Below the pieces are notes generated by a model. It did no database searches, was not told where the DNA came from, and saw nothing but the letters and a program-made list of their open reading frames with translations. The translations under genes were made by a program, and so were the position numbers. 64,000 nt of DNA from a virus: the IMG/VR virus record IMGVR_UViG_3300044591_001745, positions 1 through 64,000 of that record; one strand, given 5' to 3'. This document shows positions 22,516-32,221 of the stretch, in pieces. The stretch's first letter is position 1. Each line of letters opens with the position of its first letter.

Positions 22516-24072
22516 TTAGATGGGAGAAGCTGTTGGAGTAGGTGTTCGTTTAGGATACGTAATTCTTGCGTTTGTTGGTGTTGGTGTTGGCGTGGGATCG
22601 GGTTCACAGTAATTTTCATCACAAATACTTAATGTAATATAAGCTATAGATGAAATATTAGTATTCAAATTTGTTAGTTTAACATACACAGTAGAGCGTA
22701 CTTTGTGCTCTGTGGAAAAATATGTTCCAAATTTTTGTGTAAATTTACCAGTTGACAAGTATCCAACTTGTGGTTCAAAAAATTGATCATTTTGACCATC
22801 TGTATCTCTAGGAGATAGTTCTCCTTTATCAAATAATCCAAATTCATAATAATAGTCACCATCCAGCAATAATGATGATGCTGTGACCGATAGATATCTC
22901 TTAACACATCCTTCACATTCGTCTACTTTGAGATAATTACCATCATCAAATGCAACGCTATGAATTGCGGGAGTCGGAGTGACAGTGGGGGTTGGTTGAG
23001 GCATATTAATAACTTTAGTGAGATTGAAACAATAATTATCTTCAGAAACTACTACTCCTGTAGTAGCATCTGTTAGTTTAAAGAATATATCATAATGTCC
23101 ATTATAAGTAATGTTAATAATATGATTAATATATGATGAATCTGGCAAGCTGGCGACAGTTTGTTTTTTGGTTTCAATAACATACTTTTTATTTTTGATT
23201 GAATATTCTGATTTGTGTAATTTATCCAAACCAAGATATCCATTGTATACATATAGATCATCAATTGTATATTCAGAATTGACAATCCAAACTATAGAGC
23301 CCTCGCGCAATCCTCCAAACTTATTAGAAGCTACTGTTGATGATGATAATTGAAACTGAGATGGCCCACCAATAGTTTTTGGAGGAGAAGCAAAGTCAGA
23401 CTTAATAAGATTGATTTTTGCAGCAACATCTACGTATTCTGGATCTGGGCAGCCTATTATATCAAGCTCCAAGATATAATCTTTAGGGTCTGACGATGCT
23501 CCAAGTCTTGAAGTCAAGACCACAGGTTGATATGTTTTAGAATTTAGATTTAAAGAATATGCTGGTTCATTATGATCCGCATCTTCTACTGTCAATCCAA
23601 GATTAATAAAATTATGTTTAGTAATATTGCGGTCTACAACAATAGACGGTAACACATCATCATTGTATGTATACCAGACTAATGGTAATTGTGCTTGTGT
23701 TTTACAAACAATTATAACTCCTTGTCCCGGCATGATGCTATGTAGTTGATTTAATGAATTACCTGGCCCAAAAAAGCCTCGATATGATACTTCTCCATCT
23801 TTATCATCTATGGCATAAATCTTATCTACTGCATTTAAAAAGGCTGATTGATATCTAACTAAATTAGTTCCATTAAATAAATATAAGCCGTTTTCTTTCA
23901 CATCGGTTTGATTGTTTAAAAGAACCAAATCATTCGTTACAAAAGTAGCAAAATTACCAGCTACTAAATCAATATTTTTATCATATGTATAATCCGCAGA
24001 TAGTCTAAATGGCTCTGAACCTTTATATTTTGTAATTAATCTTGGTTTACTAATATAGTGTGTTTGTAACAT
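22516..24072 (-). CDS. Virion structural protein with PT linkers (518 aa)
   Basis: Contains NDLVLLNNQTDVKENGLY (GDRVLVKNQT..ENGIY-type fibre motif). Shares DKIY...LNQ...LPxVWY with the downstream gene. Cys-bracketed C-terminal beta domain. Confidence 0.75.
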   Translation of the reverse strand: MLQTHYISKPRLITKYKGSEPFRLSADYTYDKNIDLVAGNFATFVTNDLVLLNNQTDVKENGLYLFNGTNLVRYQSAFLNAVDKIYAIDDKDGEVSYRGFFGPGNSLNQLHSIMPGQGVIIVCKTQAQLPLVWYTYNDDVLPSIVVDRNITKHNFINLGLTVEDADHNEPAYSLNLNSKTYQPVVLTSRLGASSDPKDYILELDIIGCPDPEYVDVAAKINLIKSDFASPPKTIGGPSQFQLSSSTVASNKFGGLREGSIVWIVNSEYTIDDLYVYNGYLGLDKLHKSEYSIKNKKYVIETKKQTVASLPDSSYINHIINITYNGHYDIFFKLTDATTGVVVSEDNYCFNLTKVINMPQPTPTVTPTPAIHSVAFDDGNYLKVDECEGCVKRYLSVTASSLLLDGDYYYEFGLFDKGELSPRDTDGQNDQFFEPQVGYLSTGKFTQKFGTYFSTEHKVRSTVYVKLTNLNTNISSIAYITLSICDENYCEPDPTPTPTPTNARITYPKRTPTPTASPI

Positions 24073-24073
24073 A

Positions 24074-24724
24074 TTATGCAGCTTCTATTTTAAGGAGACC
24101 TAATGATTGATTATTGTATAATCCAGCCTTGAAGTTTCCAACTAGCGCTTTGAAGCCCGTAGAGTCTTTGAGAATAAATTCGAAATTACTGTCCATATAA
24201 TCTCCTACGATAGTAACTCTTGCTATTTCTGTAAACGTTGTGTTTGGCGATGGCGCATAAGAGAATGAGAAAGAGATAGGAAATCCTTGATTTATAGTTG
24301 TCAAAGGATTAAATCTTAATTCGTTTTCTTTATTAGTTGACAAAGTAATGCCAAATAACGACGAGGAGAATATCTTGTCTGGATATGTTTCTGGTACAGA
24401 AATAACTGCCGCAAATGTAGATGGTGCTGGCTTGCCTACGCAGACCATAGTCCCAGGATAATATACAACTTGACCAGAAACTAACTTGGTATATAAATTG
24501 CCGGTCATAGCATTAAGAACCAATTCTCCAACGGCAAGATCATCTGGACATGGATGATTGAGGGTGGTTTCGTCTCTCTTTAAGATAATTCTATTGGCAA
24601 ATGGGACAAATCCTTGTGCTACAGGAACATAGTCCGGTAGCGGTGGTGCAGTAGGTGGCTGTGGTTGAGTAGGGTTGCTGTTGTCGAACTTGGGAACTAT
24701 ATTTGTATATTTTGTAAATGGCAT
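24074..24724 (-). CDS. Small fibre/adaptor protein with Mtd_N-like motif (216 aa)
   Basis: RIILKRD...PCPDDLAVGELVLNAMTGNLYTK matches the IxLKR...LxxGELxxNxxxGxLY pattern of major-tropism-determinant N-terminal domains. SD AGGTGA. Confidence 0.6.
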   Translation of the reverse strand: MPFTKYTNIVPKFDNSNPTQPQPPTAPPLPDYVPVAQGFVPFANRIILKRDETTLNHPCPDDLAVGELVLNAMTGNLYTKLVSGQVVYYPGTMVCVGKPAPSTFAAVISVPETYPDKIFSSSLFGITLSTNKENELRFNPLTTINQGFPISFSFSYAPSPNTTFTEIARVTIVGDYMDSNFEFILKDSTGFKALVGNFKAGLYNNQSLGLLKIEAA

Positions 24725-24736
24725 AATATCACCTAA

Positions 24737-27700
24737 TTATTGTCCAGGGGTGGGTTGTGGTTCAACACATACGTTAGTGTTACTATTGCACGAGCCCCTA
24801 AACTGAACTACTCCTCCATCAATACTATTAAATCTATTCAATGTGTCAACATGCATTTGTTGAGCATAAACAGTTCCATACATACTAAAGTTTGCAAAGA
24901 TTGGCTGCAATTTTTCTGGATTAGAGGCGCTAATCGGTAGCTCTGGCTTATCTCTGTATTTAACCAGAGATAACGGACGAGGCATATCATTATTAAAGAC
25001 TAAATGTTTAGTAACGCTATTATTATTATTTAATGCTACTACGTCTACATAGCCAAGATTACTGCCAGAGACCAGTCCATTATCGCTGTATAACAATGAT
25101 TGATTTTTAATGATAACATTATTATTTTGGTCTTTTTCTCCCAACATTAAGCCATCAGTATATGTCAAACCTCTAATCGAAAAATCTGCATAAAGCGGCA
25201 CTTTATCCTCTGCCGTGACTACAACACCGCCTCCAACAACATCAACTTTCTTAGCTAGCTGTCTCTTAATAACTCTAAACTTGAAGTTACCATTACTGAT
25301 TACTCCTCCTGTGCTTCTTATTATGTTCCCAATTTTATCTTCAATCATACCAAGGTTAATAGCTTTGAAAGAAATTGTGATTACTTTATCGTCTATAGTC
25401 TGCACACTAGCTTTGATATCCTGATTATTATCATAAATAATCTCTATCACATCGCCAGTAACTACGTCTATATTGTCTTCGGCAACAGTTAATGTGTTGT
25501 CTTCTTCATCATATGAACCGTCTAGATATTGCCCATTAACATTATAGTTATAGTATAAAGAACTATTAATATTTTTTTCTAAAGACGGGCCTATATTATT
25601 AATACTTCTGGTTTCATATCCATATATGAAAGGCTTGTTGCTGTTAATCTGTATACTATTAGTTGTTGTATCTGCGTATAATAAAGTTGGCACCGCAGTA
25701 CCTGACTTGGCTCCGTTAATAGCAAAATTAGTAAATTTACCATTTGCATTAAATGTTGTATCAATAAATTCTCTATTGCTAATAACAATATCAGGATTTG
25801 TACCGGGGAAGTTAAATGTCAAATATCCACCGATACTCTGAGAAATTATGGCAACATTACGTAATTCATTGCTAGAGTCTAATAGATATGATGCTTCAGA
25901 GACATTCGTTAATAGTTTATCTAAAACGACACTAGTTCTCGAATATCTACCATTGATTGGTTCAGTCAATGCAACAGTATAAAGCCCTATGACTCTTGCT
26001 CTTTCTATGGTAGACGTGCGGACAATTTGATTCTGAACTGTTGTATCATACTTATAGTAAATACGAACTATATCATTGATATTGAATCTGCGAGTAGCGT
26101 CACCATCAATGACTACTTCTGTCGTTCCAGACTCTGGATTAACATCTACAATTCCCGCAAGGGCATTAGTATATCCATAATAGAATAGGTTCTCTGTACC
26201 ATCAATATTCATTTCGTTAGGATTGGTTGGCAGAGATGACTCATTGAAATCATTACTGAAATTGTCTGTTCTATTAGGCAAAGGATTCTTTGCGAATAAT
26301 AAGCTATTACGAGTTACTCCACGTAATCTTAGTACCGGATTGGCTATGGTAGTTTCATTAGAAACATTAACCGTGTCTCTGTATAGTCTAGCGCTATCTG
26401 ACTCTAGTCCTTCTAGTCCTAGATTCCCAACAGAACTAATTGGGTCGAGCACCCCCTCCGTTAGAACAACAGTAGAATCAGATGTTGACTGGGATGATAA
26501 TGTATCATTTGTTGTTACTGTACCACCTAATGGTGTCCATGTGGCAAAACCGTATGCATCGGACATCAATACCATGCCTGATGTAGTTTCATATATTGGT
26601 TTGCCTTGACTATCTACAGCTTCTACTAATTTCCCTTCATTGTTGGTAGTGTAAGCTCTGCGGAAACCTTGACCTATTCTAATACCGCTGGCTCCTATCC
26701 ATCCTCTTACGGTCAAATCAGCAAAATTTATACCGCTTTGTATTGGATCGCAAGGTTCACAATCAGCAGCTATTTTTGTTGGAATCCAAGCCGGTCTATC
26801 TGTATGAATCATAAACGATCCATTAGATGCATTAAAATAGAATGCTGGAACAGTTGTTAAGAACGGGAAGTTGGAGTCTTCTCTACCTAGTCCTGTTTTC
26901 TTCCACGAAACATACTGAGAAACATCGCCAAACAAGAACTTAGAAACTTTATCTTGTGGATACTTGGATCCTGTACCATAAATAACAAAATCTACTTCTT
27001 CTCTGTTCAAATTAAAGGCTGTCGGAACAGTTCTTTGAATAGTAGAATATCTGAAATCAATTGGCTTGGAACCTTGTCCTCCTGTAGTATCAGAAGGATC
27101 ATAATACCACCAGCTTTGATATGTCCTACTGATACTGACTCCGGGAACAGGAGCTGCCGTACCTCCTGACATCGGCCTTATGACATCATATTGAGCACCA
27201 ACTAATTCTTCGTCATATGGAGCCATATATGGAGAAACTAGCTCATCATAATTATACTTATACTTTGGTCTCAAATAACTATTTTGACCAGCAAGATCCT
27301 TTTTAGGAATTGTAGATAATACGATTTGAGGGGCAGATACTCCACCAGGAAATAGTTTATTATCGACATCAACATCCTCGCCCCTATCTAGTTGTACGGG
27401 TTGTGATAGTTCTGCTTTTCTTCTGCCGATAACAAATAACGACTGCTGGGCCTGTCCAGCTTTTTCTAGATTTAGTCTAAGGTTTGAGCTACTAGAAGCT
27501 AAAGCTAAATCAGCAGATGGTGTGCTGTATGCTGTGGATTCTGGTATAAAATATAGTGCATTATATTGACGAGGAATAAAATGACTATCATCAGAAATTT
27601 TCTTTTCTTTAGCTAGATCTATTAGTCTTTGAATATAATCTATCTTACCAGGATTAACCTGTGGAAGTCTCTGTACCTCTTCTAGAGGATAGCCCATTAC

Positions 27701-30700
27701 TGAACGTCTATGCTCATCAAGAGTCATGATAGCATACTTATCAACATTCATGTATTGGTCAAAAATTAATCCACTTCTACTGACATTACATCCTGATGGC
27801 TCATATGTGTATGTATTAACTTGCCACTCTTTATTTTGTACAATAGTTGATAAACTAATTGGTTGTACTTTTCCACCAGTAGCTGGGGTGCCACTATAAT
27901 ATACTAATGTTCCGGGATATCCGCTAACATCCACCCTGACACCAGCGACCCATTCGGCGTTACCTTCAGAATCGTAAGAAGATAAGAAATATCCAGGAGC
28001 TGCACCGCTACTCATTTGTAGATTTGATGCATAGACGCCGCTGGTTATAACAGAATCGGTTGATTTAATTATACCAGCCACGTCTAAATGATAGGATGGA
28101 TAGCTTTTGTTAATACCGATGTATCCGCTTCCATTTGAAATAATAGATAATACAGGCTCTTTCTCTGTACTGTTGTTAAGAACATGTAAAGAATTATCAA
28201 TAGTATCTGCATTAAATATTAATCCTCTTAGATAAACACCAGTACCTATTTTTTCTCCTACTGTTGTTACCGTTTCTGGAGGAGTAACATTGGGATCAAC
28301 TACTATAGATGATGATGCATCTTTTTTGCCTCCCAAGTCAAAAATTTTGATAATGTTTTGATCATATCCTATCTTGATAGAATTAGGATCTGCATTCCTA
28401 ATATCAAAACCAATAGCTCCCTGGAATAGTCCTGAAGCATCTGGATATAAAGGCTCAATGCCTACAACTGTACCATTAGCATTTTTAATGAATCTTAAAG
28501 GATGATATGTTTGATTATTATGTCCCACTAACAATCCAGATACTGCTACAACATCTTTAGGATTCTTCCAATCGATACCCATTTGATTAGAATTACCCAT
28601 AACTACGCTGTACGGAGAACCGATAACTAAATTACCACTACCAGCTATAACGGTAGAACCGTCTATTTTATGCTGAATGGTAAATTGTAACGTCTCTGGA
28701 GTTTGTGTTGGGAAATAGTTTTCAATAAATTGATTGATGGAAACTGGATTAACTAAAACTTCTTGTTGATTAATGGTTACTGTATTATCAAAAAATACAG
28801 CCTTAAAGCCATTAACAATTTTTGGATCATTGGTAATTCTGCCAATATATGTTGATAAAGGTATATCATTATAATACAGTTGGACAGATGCCTGATTGCC
28901 GCTTGAGAACTGCCAAGTCACATCGTTGTCTAATAATAAGCACTGATAAGCTAGACTATAATATCCACTGCCAGTTGGGTTGCTTGAATAACCTGTAAAG
29001 TCTAGTCTGTTTTTTGTGTCATAAATATCAGAGATGTCACCTAGTTCACGTTGACCTTTTCCTAGTACGGTATTTCCTCTTCCAACAACAGAGGAATCTC
29101 CGTTCATCAATTGGTTGTCATTACCAAAAACATCAGTATCTCCTGCGCTTACATTATTTATACCAAATATATTATTTTGAAAGCCTATACCAATATTATT
29201 TTGTCCTAATGTATTAGCTCCAGATAATCCTCCTACATTATCAAAACCAATATTTACTATGTTATTAAAACCACTACCCGCAAATCTTTGACTAATAACT
29301 ATAGAATTATCTCCTCCATAAATATTATCGCTGCCTATGATAGTATTATTATATCCGCTGATAGAATTATTATGTCCAACAACAACTCCAGAAAAACCTA
29401 TAATATCATTTTCATTACCTATAACAGATACTGGTCTAGAATAATTGTTGATAACTTCTTGCTGTTTAGTTTGAGATAAGATAATAACAGAATTATTATT
29501 TGTAGATAATGCCGCTACCGGCTGTATAATCAAATCCGTATCGCTATCGTTTGGAATGTATACTGACTGTATTACTCCGGATCCCAAAAGGGTCCCGTCA
29601 TTTCCATAGTATAAAATAGTATCACTAACTCTATAGTTATTAATTTGAGTAGCAAAATCTACTCCTACAAATTTAGTTCCATTATCCGATACATTAAAAC
29701 TAACAGATGGGAGCGTAAAGTTATAACGATTTTGTATAGTATTGTTTGTTCCAACCAACAGATTATGCAGTGTTCCTGATGATAGTGAATTATTTTGTCC
29801 AAAAAGATTAGCATAATAAAAATCAGATTCATCTAAGGTATTTTTGGCCCCATAAATAGTAGTATTTGACAGCTCTCCAGAAACTGATGTATTAGAACTA
29901 ACAATCACATTTCCAGAGCCAGATATTTGATTATTATTACCTAGTAAGAAGTTATCATTGCCTTCAGATACTAAATTGCTACCCACAGAAATAGATGAGT
30001 TGCCACTGCTAACAATGTTTGTGCCGAATACAAGATTATTGATTCCCGATGATTGTAAATCTGAACCATGCAGTATGCTATTAAGGCCTGTGGCTATAAT
30101 ACTATTGCCAGAAAGAACATTATTTTCTCCACTAGCATTTATGTTGGAGCCAATAACTGTATTTTCTATTCCATAGATGGTATTGTTGGTTCCAACTATT
30201 GTTGACAGTGTTTGTATTCCAAAATTACGATTGCCGATAACCACACCACTGATAGATGTTAATTCATTATTATTCCCGATAATAACGCTATCCAAAGTAC
30301 CTGAACCAATAGTATTTAATGAACCATTTAACATTAATGCCCTAATACCGCTTCCCGCATTACGATTACCGAATACTACGACTCCGCTCGCGTCAAATGT
30401 GTTAACATTGCCAATAACTGTAGAATAGTCTGGTCTAAAGTTAGTATTGATAATATCAGAAATAGACTGTGTACGAATATTATTGAAATTACCAAAAACA
30501 GATAAATTATTGCCACTGGCATTACTGTTACTGCCAATAGCGATTAAATTATTACCAGATATGGTGCTATCACTACCGATGATAAAATTAGCATTGCCAA
30601 AATAACCCACAGCAACATTATCTTCAACCTTTATCCAGTTTGTTGTTTGCGCAATATAGTACCCATTTATTGTAGAGTTATTAGTAACCTGTACAATGTC

Positions 30701-32203
30701 TCCAGCTTGTAGATCATCTAGATCATTCCACTCCAAACCAGACAGAGTACTTATATTGGGTTCCGATAGAGTATATCTCACACTATTTTTGATAAAATCA
30801 ACACTATTATCAGAACCGATAACATATACATTGCTAACACTATCTATAGTATTATTGTTGCCTAATACTTTGCCTCCAGACATAGATATGAGTTCATTAT
30901 TCTTGCCTATAACAGCAGAATCTATAGATTTCTTGATGTCGTTATTACCGATAACTAAATTTGCTAAATCAAGAGAGGTCACATTGTATGGAGAACCAGA
31001 AACATCAACATTAACCAAAAATTGTCCACTAGAAACTCCTTTATTTGGATTCAAAATTTTAGATTGAACCTGAGCATAGTTAACAACATTTCTATTACTA
31101 TTTCTAGCAGACATATTAAAGCTGCCACCGACACTCCCAACCTGAGGCACAACATCAGGATTATTAAATAATGTTAAGGCCACTCCAGCAGCGCCGCAGT
31201 TGCCTTCGAAAACAGCACATCTGCCAACCATATGGAAATTAGGTGACGATTCATACAATGGTAAGCTTTGAGTATTTATAGATACTTTACCGTCTTTAGT
31301 TAGGGCAAAAAAGTTTCCATTATTCAGCCTAATGTAAAACGGATAGATTCCAGAAGCCTTGTTCTGAGAAGCGCTAACCACCAGATCAGCATTAAGGACA
31401 TTATTAGTATCTCCGAAATATAATGTCTTAGAAGGATCATCCCAATATACTTTCCCTCCAGATATAGATCCGGCATTATTAAATTGTACTGCTTTATTTA
31501 ATCCTCCAACAAAAGAAGCTGTTCCTTCACCACCAAATAATTCTGTAGAAAATAATTTATACCATTGTCCACCAGATGTTCCCACCAATTCCACATATGT
31601 ACCTACTCCTGTTACAGAAATAGACGATACGGTATTATTGCTATTTAGAACAATAGAGTCAGTGCCAGAAGCGGCTATTGTTAATGAGTCTAATCCATTA
31701 TATTTACTAGATAATAAAAATCCATACTTGACATTTTCTGTTAATATATTTGCTAATGGCAATCTTACGGTTCCATTACCACTTAACGAAATGATATAAT
31801 CTGATGTTTGTAATTCAGGAGTAAATAATGCTGTATTCGGTTTAAGCAGTAGCTGGTTAGCAGAAACGCTATGGTTGATAGATATGTCGTTGAATACTGA
31901 AGCTTCGGCGTATACTCCAGAATTAAGTGTCCCATACTTTGAAATGGTGCGTTCAACTTCGAGAGATCGTACGCCAAATTCATTAATAACATATCTAGCT
32001 ATAACAACTGCAAAAGCCGACTGTGCCGTTTGTTGTAGTTTTACATACAGCCTATCGTTATTAGTAACATTATTTAAAAATGGCTTGTAGCCAGATAGTT
32101 CTAAACCAGATTGTGTAAACGAAACGTTAGTGGGGTTGTTGGACGAATCCAATGAAACTATTCCAAGTTCTCCAACTAAATCATAAAATTTGATAATGCT
32201 CAT
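24737..32203 (-). CDS. Giant tail fibre / host-attachment protein with YadA-head-like IGxxN repeats (2488 aa)
   Basis: Dozens of ~14-aa [IV]GxxN repeats at about 28500-30960. GYIGINKSYPSYHLDVAG and GYFLSSYDSEGNAEW fibre motifs. Directly downstream of the TMP. Confidence 0.8.
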   Translation of the reverse strand: MSIIKFYDLVGELGIVSLDSSNNPTNVSFTQSGLELSGYKPFLNNVTNNDRLYVKLQQTAQSAFAVVIARYVINEFGVRSLEVERTISKYGTLNSGVYAEASVFNDISINHSVSANQLLLKPNTALFTPELQTSDYIISLSGNGTVRLPLANILTENVKYGFLLSSKYNGLDSLTIAASGTDSIVLNSNNTVSSISVTGVGTYVELVGTSGGQWYKLFSTELFGGEGTASFVGGLNKAVQFNNAGSISGGKVYWDDPSKTLYFGDTNNVLNADLVVSASQNKASGIYPFYIRLNNGNFFALTKDGKVSINTQSLPLYESSPNFHMVGRCAVFEGNCGAAGVALTLFNNPDVVPQVGSVGGSFNMSARNSNRNVVNYAQVQSKILNPNKGVSSGQFLVNVDVSGSPYNVTSLDLANLVIGNNDIKKSIDSAVIGKNNELISMSGGKVLGNNNTIDSVSNVYVIGSDNSVDFIKNSVRYTLSEPNISTLSGLEWNDLDDLQAGDIVQVTNNSTINGYYIAQTTNWIKVEDNVAVGYFGNANFIIGSDSTISGNNLIAIGSNSNASGNNLSVFGNFNNIRTQSISDIINTNFRPDYSTVIGNVNTFDASGVVVFGNRNAGSGIRALMLNGSLNTIGSGTLDSVIIGNNNELTSISGVVIGNRNFGIQTLSTIVGTNNTIYGIENTVIGSNINASGENNVLSGNSIIATGLNSILHGSDLQSSGINNLVFGTNIVSSGNSSISVGSNLVSEGNDNFLLGNNNQISGSGNVIVSSNTSVSGELSNTTIYGAKNTLDESDFYYANLFGQNNSLSSGTLHNLLVGTNNTIQNRYNFTLPSVSFNVSDNGTKFVGVDFATQINNYRVSDTILYYGNDGTLLGSGVIQSVYIPNDSDTDLIIQPVAALSTNNNSVIILSQTKQQEVINNYSRPVSVIGNENDIIGFSGVVVGHNNSISGYNNTIIGSDNIYGGDNSIVISQRFAGSGFNNIVNIGFDNVGGLSGANTLGQNNIGIGFQNNIFGINNVSAGDTDVFGNDNQLMNGDSSVVGRGNTVLGKGQRELGDISDIYDTKNRLDFTGYSSNPTGSGYYSLAYQCLLLDNDVTWQFSSGNQASVQLYYNDIPLSTYIGRITNDPKIVNGFKAVFFDNTVTINQQEVLVNPVSINQFIENYFPTQTPETLQFTIQHKIDGSTVIAGSGNLVIGSPYSVVMGNSNQMGIDWKNPKDVVAVSGLLVGHNNQTYHPLRFIKNANGTVVGIEPLYPDASGLFQGAIGFDIRNADPNSIKIGYDQNIIKIFDLGGKKDASSSIVVDPNVTPPETVTTVGEKIGTGVYLRGLIFNADTIDNSLHVLNNSTEKEPVLSIISNGSGYIGINKSYPSYHLDVAGIIKSTDSVITSGVYASNLQMSSGAAPGYFLSSYDSEGNAEWVAGVRVDVSGYPGTLVYYSGTPATGGKVQPISLSTIVQNKEWQVNTYTYEPSGCNVSRSGLIFDQYMNVDKYAIMTLDEHRRSVMGYPLEEVQRLPQVNPGKIDYIQRLIDLAKEKKISDDSHFIPRQYNALYFIPESTAYSTPSADLALASSSSNLRLNLEKAGQAQQSLFVIGRRKAELSQPVQLDRGEDVDVDNKLFPGGVSAPQIVLSTIPKKDLAGQNSYLRPKYKYNYDELVSPYMAPYDEELVGAQYDVIRPMSGGTAAPVPGVSISRTYQSWWYYDPSDTTGGQGSKPIDFRYSTIQRTVPTAFNLNREEVDFVIYGTGSKYPQDKVSKFLFGDVSQYVSWKKTGLGREDSNFPFLTTVPAFYFNASNGSFMIHTDRPAWIPTKIAADCEPCDPIQSGINFADLTVRGWIGASGIRIGQGFRRAYTTNNEGKLVEAVDSQGKPIYETTSGMVLMSDAYGFATWTPLGGTVTTNDTLSSQSTSDSTVVLTEGVLDPISSVGNLGLEGLESDSARLYRDTVNVSNETTIANPVLRLRGVTRNSLLFAKNPLPNRTDNFSNDFNESSLPTNPNEMNIDGTENLFYYGYTNALAGIVDVNPESGTTEVVIDGDATRRFNINDIVRIYYKYDTTVQNQIVRTSTIERARVIGLYTVALTEPINGRYSRTSVVLDKLLTNVSEASYLLDSSNELRNVAIISQSIGGYLTFNFPGTNPDIVISNREFIDTTFNANGKFTNFAINGAKSGTAVPTLLYADTTTNSIQINSNKPFIYGYETRSINNIGPSLEKNINSSLYYNYNVNGQYLDGSYDEEDNTLTVAEDNIDVVTGDVIEIIYDNNQDIKASVQTIDDKVITISFKAINLGMIEDKIGNIIRSTGGVISNGNFKFRVIKRQLAKKVDVVGGGVVVTAEDKVPLYADFSIRGLTYTDGLMLGEKDQNNNVIIKNQSLLYSDNGLVSGSNLGYVDVVALNNNNSVTKHLVFNNDMPRPLSLVKYRDKPELPISASNPEKLQPIFANFSMYGTVYAQQMHVDTLNRFNSIDGGVVQFRGSCNSNTNVCVEPQPTPGQ

Positions 32204-32221
32204 ATTATTAAACTTTCAATA

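Noticed and set aside
14213-24724. Diversity-generating retroelement suggested by FGE/CLec-like and Mtd_N-like domains
   Set aside because: No reverse transcriptase and no TR/VR repeat pair seen in the window; the FGE domain lacks its C-terminal variable region.
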